Part shown: in pieces, positions 54,201 to 63,913 of the stretch
Numbering within the stretch: the stretch's first letter is position 1
Layout: each line of letters opens with the position of its first letter
Assembly: GCF_037042905.1 (NCBI RefSeq)
Contig: NC_087245.1
Location: forward strand, 13,516,001 to 13,580,000
Origin: Lytechinus pictus
Lineage: Eukaryota
Direction of reading: 5' to 3'
DNA length: 64,000 nt
Notes under the pieces: model-generated
What the model was told of the DNA's origin: nothing
What the model saw: the letters and a program-made list of their open reading frames with translations, nothing else
Databases searched by the model: none
Made by a program: the position numbers and the translations under genes

Positions 54201-55468
54201 GTGGTTCATCCCTGTACAGCAGTAATACTTCATCTTCAAGTTCTTACCGATCCTCCATCTATGCTAGAATACGTACGCTATTTAGTACTCGTCGTGACGG
54301 AGACGACTTTTCCGTTTTTCGTGGATCTCCTTCGGGTAATCTTCTATCCACATTTCATCCACAAAGCTCGGAAAACACACACTCTGAATCATCAGATGAA
54401 GAACATCCCGTCCAGAGCGGAGATCCTAATTCGTACAGACGATTATCATTTAGAGCGATAAGGAACGCGTTCCAAAATCAGTTGCACAGAACTCCTATGA
54501 CTAACTTGCTATCAGTGAGATCAAGTTTTTCACGGAGCACGGATAGAACGAGTACGGAAGGTTCGTTGCAGGATATATATTCTTTAGTTGCCGATGGGGA
54601 GGCCGAAGAGAAAAATGATGATTTTGTTTTCACAACTGACACAACAGCAAGGATGAAAGTACAACATACTTACTTCAAAGGCTGCACAGTTGGATATGAT
54701 CCTATTTCGCAGCCGGTACAGAGTACTGCAAACTTGATACCCAGTGGTTCAGACGGCGCTCCAGCAATGGATCAACAAGAAATAATTTTAGGACAACATG
54801 ACGCAGGTGATAGAGCAGGGATCACCAGACCACGAAAAATATTGCACACCTATTTCCAAGGACAGAATAGGTTATGGTCAGGTAGTTGTCGAAAGAGTTC
54901 ACTTGGGAGGCCATTGCCATCAATTCCCGATCGACATAGAGGAGATGATGACAGGGAGACACTGATAAACAGTGTCACGTATGAATCACTTTCTGTCGAT
55001 TCCAAGTTTGCTCTTGATCGGGAAACTGGTACTGATTCTTCAAAATCACGTGCCGATGATGATTCTGTACACAGACACGTAGACCGAAGCGAGAGGGATG
55101 GCGGAAACCTATCAGGGTATGAAGCCAGTGGGAGTACTGAATATCATCATGATGAATCAAATACTAAAGACCACTTACTGCATCACACCTCCCCTCATCC
55201 ACTCAATGATTTAGCATGCGCATGTACGGTAGATGATAGTCCTGACGATACACCATTTCCACACAGTGACCGCATTGTTCTAACGAAATCGAATAAAGAG
55301 CATGAGAGGGGTAAGGTATTAAGGAATTCATCGACCTGCAATGCGAGATCTGATAGCAATGAGCTACATGATGAATCAACATCAACTTCAGAAATAAGTC
55401 AGCTCTATAGTAAAATGAACAAAAGAAAGATTGTACATACGTATTTCAGAGGACATGCTCAAACTTAG
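45209..55468 (+). CDS. Gene 3 (6 coding exons, ~821 aa): type I membrane protein, signal peptide-2 CUB domains-TM-long Ser-rich tail with ITIM-like and repeated HTYF motifs
   Basis: Exons 45209-45296, 47131-47353, 50791-50921, 51324-51704, 52048-52307, 54086-55468. GT-AG, phases consistent, 2466 nt open. An upstream in-frame ATG at 45116 is an alternative start. Confidence 0.83.
45478..45633 (-). mobile_element. 3' remnant of an L2-like LINE/SINE with (ATT)n tail
   Basis: (ATA)n run, then ATTTATAGGGCGCTTT...AAGATGAGTTTTAAG..GATTTGAA, typical of reverse-oriented L2 3' ends. Confidence 0.5.
46724..46980. mobile_element. Near-perfect ~255-bp hairpin MITE in intron 1 of gene 3
   Basis: GACTAAAGCATGAAACTTT...GGGAGGTAAATTTATAAATGCCAT / ATGGCATTTGTAAATTTACCTCCC...AAAGTTTCATGCTTTAGTC. 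Confidence 0.78.
47131..47353 (+). CDS. Gene 3 exon 2: CUB domain 1, first part
   Basis: HRLRLNFSSFEMNEGYDYVEVGD...LLARFS is a clear CUB signature. AG|GTATG donor, phase 2. Confidence 0.9.
47627..50021. mobile_element. Tc1/mariner-type non-autonomous element (2.4 kb including a nested insertion)
   Basis: TA|CAGTGCGTCCCAAAAAAAACTATACACTTTTGAAATGGCTGCCAAAT ... ATTTGGCAGCCATTTCAAAAGTGTATAGTTTTTTTTTGGGACGCACTG|TA; arms near-identical over ~210 bp. Confidence 0.9.
48792..49388. mobile_element. Kolobok-like MITE nested in the 47627-50021 element
   Basis: TTAA|AGGGGAATCCAGCC ... GGTTGGATTCCCCT|TTAA. Confidence 0.83.
50791..50921 (+). CDS. Gene 3 exon 3: CUB domain 1, second part
   Basis: (S)GRVLPKDVVSLSSGMWIEL...VEFTVTAEERQ continues ARFSG-xx-P-xx-V-x-S-xxx-MW. 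Phase 2 in, G|GTAAG out. Not in the ORF track. Confidence 0.85.
51324..51704 (+). CDS. Gene 3 exon 4: CUB domain 2
   Basis: ITYPELGGNYSNN...WWIQTTPPCNI...YDLV...TSASNNLVVFFTSNFEVQRPGF. Phase 1-1. Confidence 0.9.
52048..52307 (+). CDS. Gene 3 exon 5: stalk and TM helix
   Basis: FYLIVVGVSAVAVAVSALLLVAVVRC. tttgcag acceptor; ACA|GTGAGT donor, phase 0. Confidence 0.87.
52494..53996. mobile_element. Composite non-autonomous DNA transposon (hAT-like) in intron 5 of gene 3
   Basis: CATAGGCAGATCCAG ... CTGGATCCGCCCTG termini; repeated GCTCGCGCTTCGCGCTCGC motifs; an internal TACGCCACTG end at 53871-53880 suggests nesting. Confidence 0.68.
54086..55468 (+). CDS. Gene 3 exon 6: 460-aa cytoplasmic tail to stop
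   Basis: ttgcag acceptor, phase 0, in the longest ORF of the window (54080-55468). Confidence 0.87.
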   Translation, partial: GSSLGRFISFSRYPDESFSESFSSGTLSSNTHSSGSFSGGSSLYSSNTSSSSSYRSSIYARIRTLFSTRRDGDDFSVFRGSPSGNLLSTFHPQSSENTHSESSDEEHPVQSGDPNSYRRLSFRAIRNAFQNQLHRTPMTNLLSVRSSFSRSTDRTSTEGSLQDIYSLVADGEAEEKNDDFVFTTDTTARMKVQHTYFKGCTVGYDPISQPVQSTANLIPSGSDGAPAMDQQEIILGQHDAGDRAGITRPRKILHTYFQGQNRLWSGSCRKSSLGRPLPSIPDRHRGDDDRETLINSVTYESLSVDSKFALDRETGTDSSKSRADDDSVHRHVDRSERDGGNLSGYEASGSTEYHHDESNTKDHLLHHTSPHPLNDLACACTVDDSPDDTPFPHSDRIVLTKSNKEHERGKVLRNSSTCNARSDSNELHDESTSTSEISQLYSKMNKRKIVHTYFRGHAQT

Positions 55469-55588
55469 AGTGACTTTGAAGCATTAATATACACATAATG
55501 GTGCTTGCGAAAACATGTTGGAAGGGAAAGAGGACCTGCCCATGAAGGATGTATGTTGGGGAGGAAATTATTATGTGCCCCTGGCATG

Positions 55589-56131
55589 CCGGGGGGGGGG
55601 GGGGGGGCACTTCCATTGACAAGTGGATACCATGCGCGACCACGGGGTCTCGAAAACCACCCTAAACAAGTATTTTCCATTTTCTGAAAATGCACCCCTT
55701 AACAAGTATTGGCGTATGAAACCCTACCCGTAACAAGTATTGGTAACAAAAAGATAACCTTGGCAAGTATCCCCAGTAGGCATGCAGCGATATTTTAAAT
55801 GTCACGGACGTCGGTTTTATCTTTACCTACATCATTGGGTTTAGAGTACGGCCCCATCTCCCACACCTCGCGCAAATCGGACTCTAAACACGTTGACTGT
55901 TTGGGCAAAAAGTACATCCTTTATAAAACCTTTTAGTTTTGTTTATACCCTCGCAAAATTTGACCCTAAACAGCATTCCTAGCGAAATAAATACCCTTTT
56001 TTTCATTATTTGAGGGTTTTTGACACCCTTATTACCTTAAGTATATCTTGAAAAAGACATAATTTTACGTGTTTTGGGGGGTTGCGCATGGTATCCACTC
56101 GTCAATGTAAGTGCCCCCCCCCCCCACCCGG
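55589..56131. mobile_element. CC(G)n...(C)nGG MITE in the presumed 3' UTR of gene 3
   Basis: GGGGCACTTCCATTGACAAGTGGATACCATGCGC / GCGCATGGTATCCACTCGTCAATGTAAGTGCCCC inverted termini; AACAAGTATT sub-repeats. Confidence 0.75.
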
Positions 56132-57454
56132 TATCTGTGCTCAATTTATTAGGCCTACTATAATTTGCTAGATTGAATATAAATTCGTTTGAGCACGAAG
56201 GGATACTTATAACGGTCCTGTATCGCACAGTTTTGATATTTTGTCATTACGTATGCATCTTATGGGATTTTATTTTGGCTGACATAATGCAGGCCTACAA
56301 TGTAGCATACATTTTCCACCTATTTTGCTGGCCCTTGGACTTCTCCTCTCCTCTTTCTCTTCCCCTGCCCCCCCCCCCCTCTCTCTCTCTCTCTTTGTAA
56401 AATAGGGTAAGGGTGTGTGCGTGTGAGGGTGTGCGTGTGGGTGTATGCTGGTGCGGTGCGTGTGCTGTGTTGATGTAAAAGTAATTTCTTGTGCATTGGG
56501 GTAGACACATTAGTGCGAAATAATGCACCATGACGTGGGTTTTCTTTAGTTTATGAGGGGGGGGGGCATGAGATGAGTAACCTTTTCGTTGCATCGTTTC
56601 TCTATTTTTCCCATTTTTTCACTATCTTGGCCGGTTTTTATGTAGGCTTTCATTGATACTCCCTGTATATATTGAAATATCTTGATGTGTTTTTCTCTTT
56701 GTATCATAAATATGTATCATTCTTACAATAGAGGAAATAAATACTTATAAGCAAATACTTTACTTATTCTATCCTATCTTACCTTGAAAATATATTTGTC
56801 AAGGGGGAACCTCAAAGCAGGGGCTATACGGGGTATTTGAAAGGAGAAAGACGACTAAATATGAACTTTTTTTTTCAAATATCTTATTTGTATAAAAGGG
56901 TATGATGAGGTTAAACGAATCGGAACTCTCTTTTTTTTCTTTGTCCTTTTTTCTCCCTACATTTTTCCCATTTTTTCTCAATTTTCTTCCATTTCTTCCT
57001 CAGTTTCTCCCTAATTTTCTCACTTTCACTGCTTGGTAAATCACAGGGGATTCTCCACCCGTTGCGCAAACCGTGCCTCACTTTCATGAGGGAGGGGTCA
57101 CATTGGACTTTACATGAAAGAGCCAGGCTACTAAATATTGGTTTCTTTTCAATCATTCATTCTCAGATTTAGAATATATAGAACACCCTTTTATGCAGAA
57201 TTTTAAAGAAATTGATGTAAGCAACTGTTAATCCCAATGGCGTCTAAAAAGCCCCTGATATGAGATTTTATTGTAACTTTTTGGACGTGCTATTTTTCTT
57301 AAATTTCAGCAAATAAGAAGTTATATAAATGGAGATTACCCATAGGATGATATCTCCTTTAATGACTTTTGAATATGCGATTGAATTCTGTAGGTGCAGG
57401 CAATTTTCAGATTTTTTATCCACGAATGGATATTTGCAAATTGAAAATGTTATA

Positions 57455-57897
57455 CAGCGCGTCCCACAAAAAAGAGGAAACCCGTTTTCAGAGATAGATT
57501 TCACAATAAATAATTGTGTTTTTACCATAAATACTTCTGGTAAGAATGAAATCTCATCTTCAATTTGAGATAATCAGCTTAGCAAATCGTTCACGCGTGA
57601 CAGATTACAAACATTGAATATTAACATGTATTTTCATGGATCAGTGTGAGAAACATAACAATGAATACATAAGAAAAGCTAATGATGAGCCAATCGTCGA
57701 ATAAGCAGTATTCTTATCACAAACCAATCTTGTTCAATTTTTCTGCGCAAACTGGTTTCGACACTAAAATTTCAAACTCGTCTTCCTCAGTAATGCGTGA
57801 AGTGTTTGTCTCATGTTAGATCTCAAAATAAAGAAGAATAATTGAAATAAAAAAAAGACATGGGACTCCCGGTTTCCTTTTATTCTGGGACGCACTG
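57455..57897. mobile_element. Tc1/mariner-type MITE
   Basis: TA|CAGCGCGTCCCACAAAAAAGAGGAAACC ... GGTTTCCTTTTATTCTGGGACGCACTG|TA. Confidence 0.8.
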
Positions 57898-58996
57898 TAC
57901 GAGTATGCCTTATATATTACATCTATTCATTATTTCATTAATTCATTTTAATTCATTTATAAAGAAAAAAATCAGTATGGCTGATTTTGACCATGGTCCC
58001 GATGCAACGGGCTAAAAATGAATTTGAAAATGGTATATGATGATATAATATATGAATATATATAATATATAGTAAATATTAATAAAAATAACAAAAACAT
58101 TGCTTATTGCATTTTATCATACCTGTGACGTACAACCCCTGACACCATCGACGACAGAACTAGCCAAGTCCATGTAAAGTACCGTGCAACTGTGCAGGTT
58201 CAGTCTGTAATTTAATATAAACAATAAACACTTGATAATTAGTCAACATGTCTTGCAACCAATACATTTTCTCACATGTATCATTAAATTACTTCTTTTT
58301 TTTTACATGCAAATAAATATCATCATGCAAATAAATATCCATCTTGCTTGAAATACTAAGATTTTGTTGTATCGAGTGTCATTCTTTCAATATATGCTTA
58401 CATTAAGCTGAATTCTCACAACCTTCTATTAAATTAAACCTCTACTCAAGGCATTCTCATGAGCCTCTATCAGCTTTGAAATATCTCCACCTTGTCTGAC
58501 ATTGCCCTTTTTTGTCTCACATGAACTACACTAATTATCATAAATGTACTCCAAATTTATACGGACTTTGTTTTAGTCATAGCCCTTATATTAACTGTAA
58601 ACAAAGAACTCATAGTCATATTTTGTTGTAGTAAAAAAACCTACAAGTACTTGGTATTGTCACACAATAAGGAATAGCGCACTCTACGACACATTAACGT
58701 AAGTGCTCACGTACCCGATTCATTCCCGACCTTTCGTTTGAGGACGCGCACGCTTATTTACGACGGTAGTTGATTTTGGAAGAGACTTTTTGGGCCCGTC
58801 ATCATGGTCGTAAAATTCTGTCCTGCAATGCAAATTGTGTGACATGATATTTTTTTTCGTTTCGCATCTGCGACGGAAACATTCAATATGCGTTTCGTGT
58901 GCAAAATTCTGGTTGCTACTATGGTAACAGCGATTTATCCGATTTAGGACGACTTTCCAAATCCACTTTTGGTTCCTCCCTGAGCTCGAGAAGCCG

Positions 58997-59294
58997 CCCG
59001 GGGGGCCCACTCCCATTAAATAGTGGATACCAGGCGCGACCATACGTAAAAAGGGAAAGAGTGGGTAAGTACGTTACGTATAGGCATATGTAGCATTATA
59101 AGGGTGTCAAAAACGATGATTAAAATACTGAAAAACGGGATATATTTCCAATACTTGTAGGGTGTCACAACCCAAATACTTAAGAGATGCATTTTCATAA
59201 TCTGGAAAAGACTTACTTCCATTGTTTAGGGTGCTTTTCAAAACCCCATGGTCGCGCCTGGTATCCACTCATCAACGGAAGTGTACCCCCAGGG
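58997..59294. mobile_element. MITE of the same TIR family as 55589-56131
   Basis: AGTGGATACCAGGCGCGACCAT ... ATGGTCGCGCCTGGTATCCACT inverted; CCC/GGG ends. Confidence 0.75.
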
Positions 59295-59399
59295 AAATCC
59301 CCCATTTCTGCGGAAAGTAAAACATACTGCCCATTACATTGTGTGCTAGAGGCATATCGTTTGTGTATAAGAGCAGGCAAATGAAGAAAACCCCGCAAA

Positions 59400-59589
59400 T
59401 TTAGATGTTTTTCCAGACGGTTTATGGCCTATTGCATGCTGTGTATATGTCAACGCATGCGGAAATGGTTCCGGCTGGAGAGGTGATCTGACTCATGGAA
59501 TCAATTGCCAGTGATCCACCAATAATGTACATTAAATGCAATATCGATTCGATGGACTGTATAATGATCTATATCTAAGCCTTAATTCG
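59400..59589 (+). other. Possible 5' non-coding first exon of the NmrA-like gene
   Basis: Strong CG|GTAAGT donor at 59589/59590. The coding exon has a polypyrimidine-CAG acceptor at 61590, upstream of its ATG, so a UTR exon is implied. Start is approximate. Confidence 0.35.
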
Positions 59590-60499
59590 GTAAGTTTTTC
59601 CTTACTCAATATGTACTCGATTTGTCTGAAAAACCACTTTCTTATCCATGTCATAATCTACATTTCGCATGTCTCCAGCCAGCTGGAGTCATAGCCATGA
59701 TACAGGTACAGTCCCGCCGCGAGCTCAGCCAGGCAAATGGCATGGCATGCTGGTATCATAGAGCTATTCTAGCTCCATGCTGGTATCGTATGAAAGAGCA
59801 TTGCACACGAAAAGCAAGATCTATAGGGCCTGTATATAACACAAAGCTCAGCAATGATTGTAGAACAGTTTTCTACGTTTGATTGTATTGACTGTAACGT
59901 ACAATCAATCTGAAAATCGAGTCCATGATTAATTGTTAACTTTTGAGTTACCCGACTCTAATCTCGCGTTGTAGAGGATTGCGAAAGGTGCCTAATTATC
60001 CATTACGTAACACACTTAGCGTGCACTTTCACACGCACTTTCATTCACATATTGAAACTCAAGATACAGTAATTTGGCACTTCAAATAATCATACTTAAA
60101 TCCCATGAAATTATTATTAAATCAGTTGTATAGATAATTGAACTATTTAACTTCAAGATTAAATGCTCGTATACTCACATCATTTTTAAACCAAAATCAA
60201 TGGCATCGTCGGGCAACAAAACAACTCCAAACTCAGAATTTTTAGCAGCACGCTTTGACAACGCCCTCACTGGCCAACTCATATTTCGCCTCGAAATCAT
60301 CGCTTATGACGTCAGTCTCGACAATTCACACCCGACAATACCCATAAACAGTTTTTCAATTCAAAGTCTTGAAAATAGATGATTTTATAGACATGGGTGT
60401 TGCTATTTTTATGTTCAACTATAGAATGAATATACTTCAAGAAATTTTCAAAAAATATTTTTAAAACAAATTACTCTCATCATACATATCCAACCCGCA

Positions 60500-60850
60500 A
60501 GAGAGTGAGAGTAAATATTATCGCTCATTTCTAGCACGTAAAACCACATCTCAACAATCCTTACGATTTAATGGTCCAAAAATATGGAATAACTTATCAG
60601 AATTTAAAGAATGCTCAACAGCCACTAGACTTACATATTCATAAACAATTTACCGTTACATATACATCCTTGCAATTTTTAAGAAAAAAAATGGATTTTT
60701 AATGTTTTATTTGTTCAATTATTTATTGTCTTATAATGTACATGAAACAAATTAATGCTTTCCTGTTCTATGTAATTATTTCCCATTGTGTATTTCCCAT
60801 AGTAACAGAATCATGTTAAGCAGGGCCCGCTGGGAGAACAGTTTTCGGAA
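60500..60850 (+). mobile_element. Degenerate LINE 3' end
   Basis: CAATCCTTACGATTTAATGGTCCAAAAATATGGAATAACTTA translates as QSLRFNGPKIWNNL, an ORF2 C-terminal motif, followed by a T-rich UTR. Confidence 0.5.
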
Positions 60851-61611
60851 CTATTAAAGACTATTAAAGAGGGTCGGTTCTCATAAGAGAGACCATTCCT
60901 CTAATCATGCTAATTAAAAGGAACTTTCGGTATCATGACTTATTGTGTACAGGGGGTGGTCGACTAGGATGAAAAAGGGAGGGGCAGGCCACTGCGGCTC
61001 CCTTTGCTTTCTCAAGTAGTGAAAAAAGGGAAAAATGTGAAGAAATGAGGGAGAGTATATAAAAATGAAATATCTGGTCAGTTTAACTCAGTAATATCCT
61101 TAGGCCTATAATTTAATTGAGAAGAATACGCGACGCATTCATCACCCCCTCCACCGTCAAATACCCTGGCACCGCCCCTGTTTGCTGGTTGTATACCGAC
61201 AAGCCCACAACCCACCAAATTTTGTAAACAATTCACTTTAATGGGATTGCTTCGAGTGTCAATAAAACAAATTTATTTTTTTGGTGGACTCTAGTTTTTC
61301 AATTTTATCACTCATGTATGACACGTATGACGCAACTGGACCATCTAAATAGTTCTGTGTTCCTTGGATACTCCATTGCTTTATTCGAAATCATCCAGCT
61401 TATATGGCTCTGTAACTTGGTACAATAGAAAGCATGCCCTGATGAACGAGTAAATGTAATTAATGGAACGGCGAGTCCTATATCTACTTTAGCCCCACCT
61501 GATACCCTGTCACTTTCTGATAGACATCTCCTTAACGGCATTTTGAAAATTTCTGGCAGTGTTAGCTCGACTCTCATCCTTTTATATCAGCTGAAAACGA
61601 TAAGGTACAGG

Positions 61612-63913
61612 ATGGAGAAATTGATCGTGGTTTGTGGAGCGACTGGGACTGTCGGAAAATCCGTTGTTTACGCCCTTCTTGAATCTAGTTCCTTGACAGT
61701 TCGAGGAATCACCAGTAATGTCAAGGGCTACACGGCCACATCACTTGCTGAATTAGGTAGGCCTGAATCACATTCATGTTATCTTTCTACCAGAAAACCT
61801 AGTTCATTGAATGAGTGCTTTCTATCAAATTCTTCTATCGTACGATGAACATAAGTTACAATTTCTTATTGACATTTTTTATTTAAACCGTTAAAGAACC
61901 CTGAAATTACAACTATTTGCTTCTTTGATCCAGTGGGATCATACTAAAACCTTTCTCATTACCATTAATAATCACTATACAAGGTAATTACGAAAGCCTC
62001 ATGGATTAAATTTTAAAATCTTAATTTTCGTAACATCAGACAGGTCCCATAATACGGCATTGTTTGAAATTCGAACAATTTGAAATACGAACTTTATCAA
62101 TATTTTCAAAACACGATATGAAAATAAACTGATTCAATGTTATTATCATGCGTTCTCATAACACCCTTATGTGCTAATTATACTTTCATTATAAATTGTG
62201 TTTGTTGTTGATGTTTTGTTGATATTTTTTTAAATTGCTTAGTGTCTCTTTGTACATGTATTCGTTAAAAATGAATGCTAAATTGTTGCAGTTAGAATGC
62301 CATCAATTATATATCTCAAACTTAGGAAATACTCCCAAACCATAGATGATTATTTCAATGAAATATAAATCGGATCAATCTCTTTTTTTTTCTTACAACC
62401 TTGCTCTAAAGGTTCTTTCATATCTACAAAACATATGCGTAATGCTATATGATCACTGGGGTAAAGCGTAATCCAGACCTATAGAAGCTATTACGTTTTT
62501 TCCAATGAGATAACATCGGTCGGTTTGTTGTCAGTCTCGAACTACATATAGTTCGTCTAAAAAAACACTATACACTTTTGAAATGGCTGCCAAATATAAA
62601 ATGAATCACTTTTTTGGGAAAGACATAATATACCGGTATATATACAAATGGAAAGCAGGGGCAGCGGAACGGTTTTGAAAGTGGGGGGGGGGGGGGGCTG
62701 ACCATAACAACAATCACAATCAGATGGTCATTTTTACGTTTTTGTACACGGTTTGGAAAAAAGTGGGCGTTGGCTTAACCCTCCCGTTTCTGCTGCCCCT
62801 GGAAAGCCAATAAAGTCAAAATTCAAATGACATTAAAAAAGTTGTAAAACTTTTCATACTTGAGTGAGCACTGCTTTGCAAATTTCCAATTAAAGGATTC
62901 GCCTCTCAAAAACTGAAAGAAATCGGAAGGCTAATTCCTGCCTGCCCAGTCAAATGTTCATACCCTTTATTCAAGTGGACAGTGCTCACTCATGTGTGAA
63001 AAGTTTCAAACTTGTTGGTGTCACTTAAAATTTGACTTTATCGGCTATCCATATAAGAACCCCCCCCCCAAAAAAAAAAAAGTGATATCATTTCAATCAG
63101 GCAGCCCTTTCCAAAATGTGTAGTTTTTGGGGGGTTATACGCAAGGTAGTTTTCATAGTATAATTTTCTCTTTAAGTATAGTATTATCGCCCTTCCGTTC
63201 AACAACAAATCAATGCACAACATATCAGTGGAAAGATTAAATCCATTAAGAATCCATCTGATCCCATTTCTGACGTGCTCTGATGCACACTTTATTCAGG
63301 TCTATAGATTTCACTCTCCTAAAAAGTCGTTTAAAGTGATTTTGAACAAACAAAAATAGGAGGGTTGGCGTTCTAAGCTTTGCTGATTATTGGAAGCTAT
63401 TAAGCTCGAAAGAGAGAGAGAGAGAGAAAGAGAGAGGGAAGAAATGGGTGGGGCTTGACATACTGGAGCCGACTAATATAGAGGGAAATTAAGAGTGGAC
63501 ATACATACAAGCAAGGTTGTATACAAATTCTTTAATCCGTTACCATAATGGAAAAGAGAGAGAAAAATAAAGCATTAAAGTAGATGGTTAAAGCAGACTT
63601 TTTACGTTTACCGTTTATAAAGTAAAGAAAAGTAAATATTCATCCCATTTGCCTCAATATAATGTCTATATTTGTTTCGTTTTGCTAACAGACAAATGGA
63701 TTTTTTTTTTTTTTTGCTCTTATTATTTCATTTTTTTATATAATTGACAGGAAACTAACCCGTTCAACCACTTTGTATTTTTTAGGAGTTGAAATGATGC
63801 AAGCTTCGGCGGAGGATAAACCCTCACTGGAAAACGCATTTGGTGGTGCTTATGGTGTCTTCATAGTTACAGATTACTATAAAATCAAAGACCAAGCTAA
63901 AGAAATTCAAATG
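61612..63913 (+). CDS. NMRAL1: NmrA-like family domain-containing protein (NMRAL1/HSCARG-like), first two coding exons; gene continues beyond the window
   Basis: Exon 61612-61756 MEKLIVVCGATGTVGKSVVYALLE...VRGIT (Rossmann GxxGxxG). Exon 63786-63913 GVEMMQASAEDKPSLENAFGGAYGVFIVTDYY...KEIQM matches the NMRAL1 pattern GAYATFIVTNYW...EVKQG. Phase 1 junction. Ortholog vs paralog not resolved. Confidence 0.85.
62549..63146. mobile_element. Diverged, internally deleted copy of the 47627-50021 Tc1-type element, in the NMRAL1 intron
   Basis: Shares CTATACACTTTTGAAATGGCTGCCAAAT, GGAAAGCCAATAAAGTCAA and GGAAGGCTAATTCC with it. Confidence 0.75.
62656..62801. mobile_element. Small CAGGGGCAGC...GCTGCCCCTG MITE nested in the 62549 element, 5-bp TSD GAAAG
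   Basis: GAAAG|CAGGGGCAGCGGAAC ... GTTTCTGCTGCCCCTG|GAAAG; the empty site ATGGAAAGCCAAT is seen at ~47710. Confidence 0.78.
63409..63438. repeat. (GA)n microsatellite
   Basis: Direct inspection. Confidence 0.85.
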
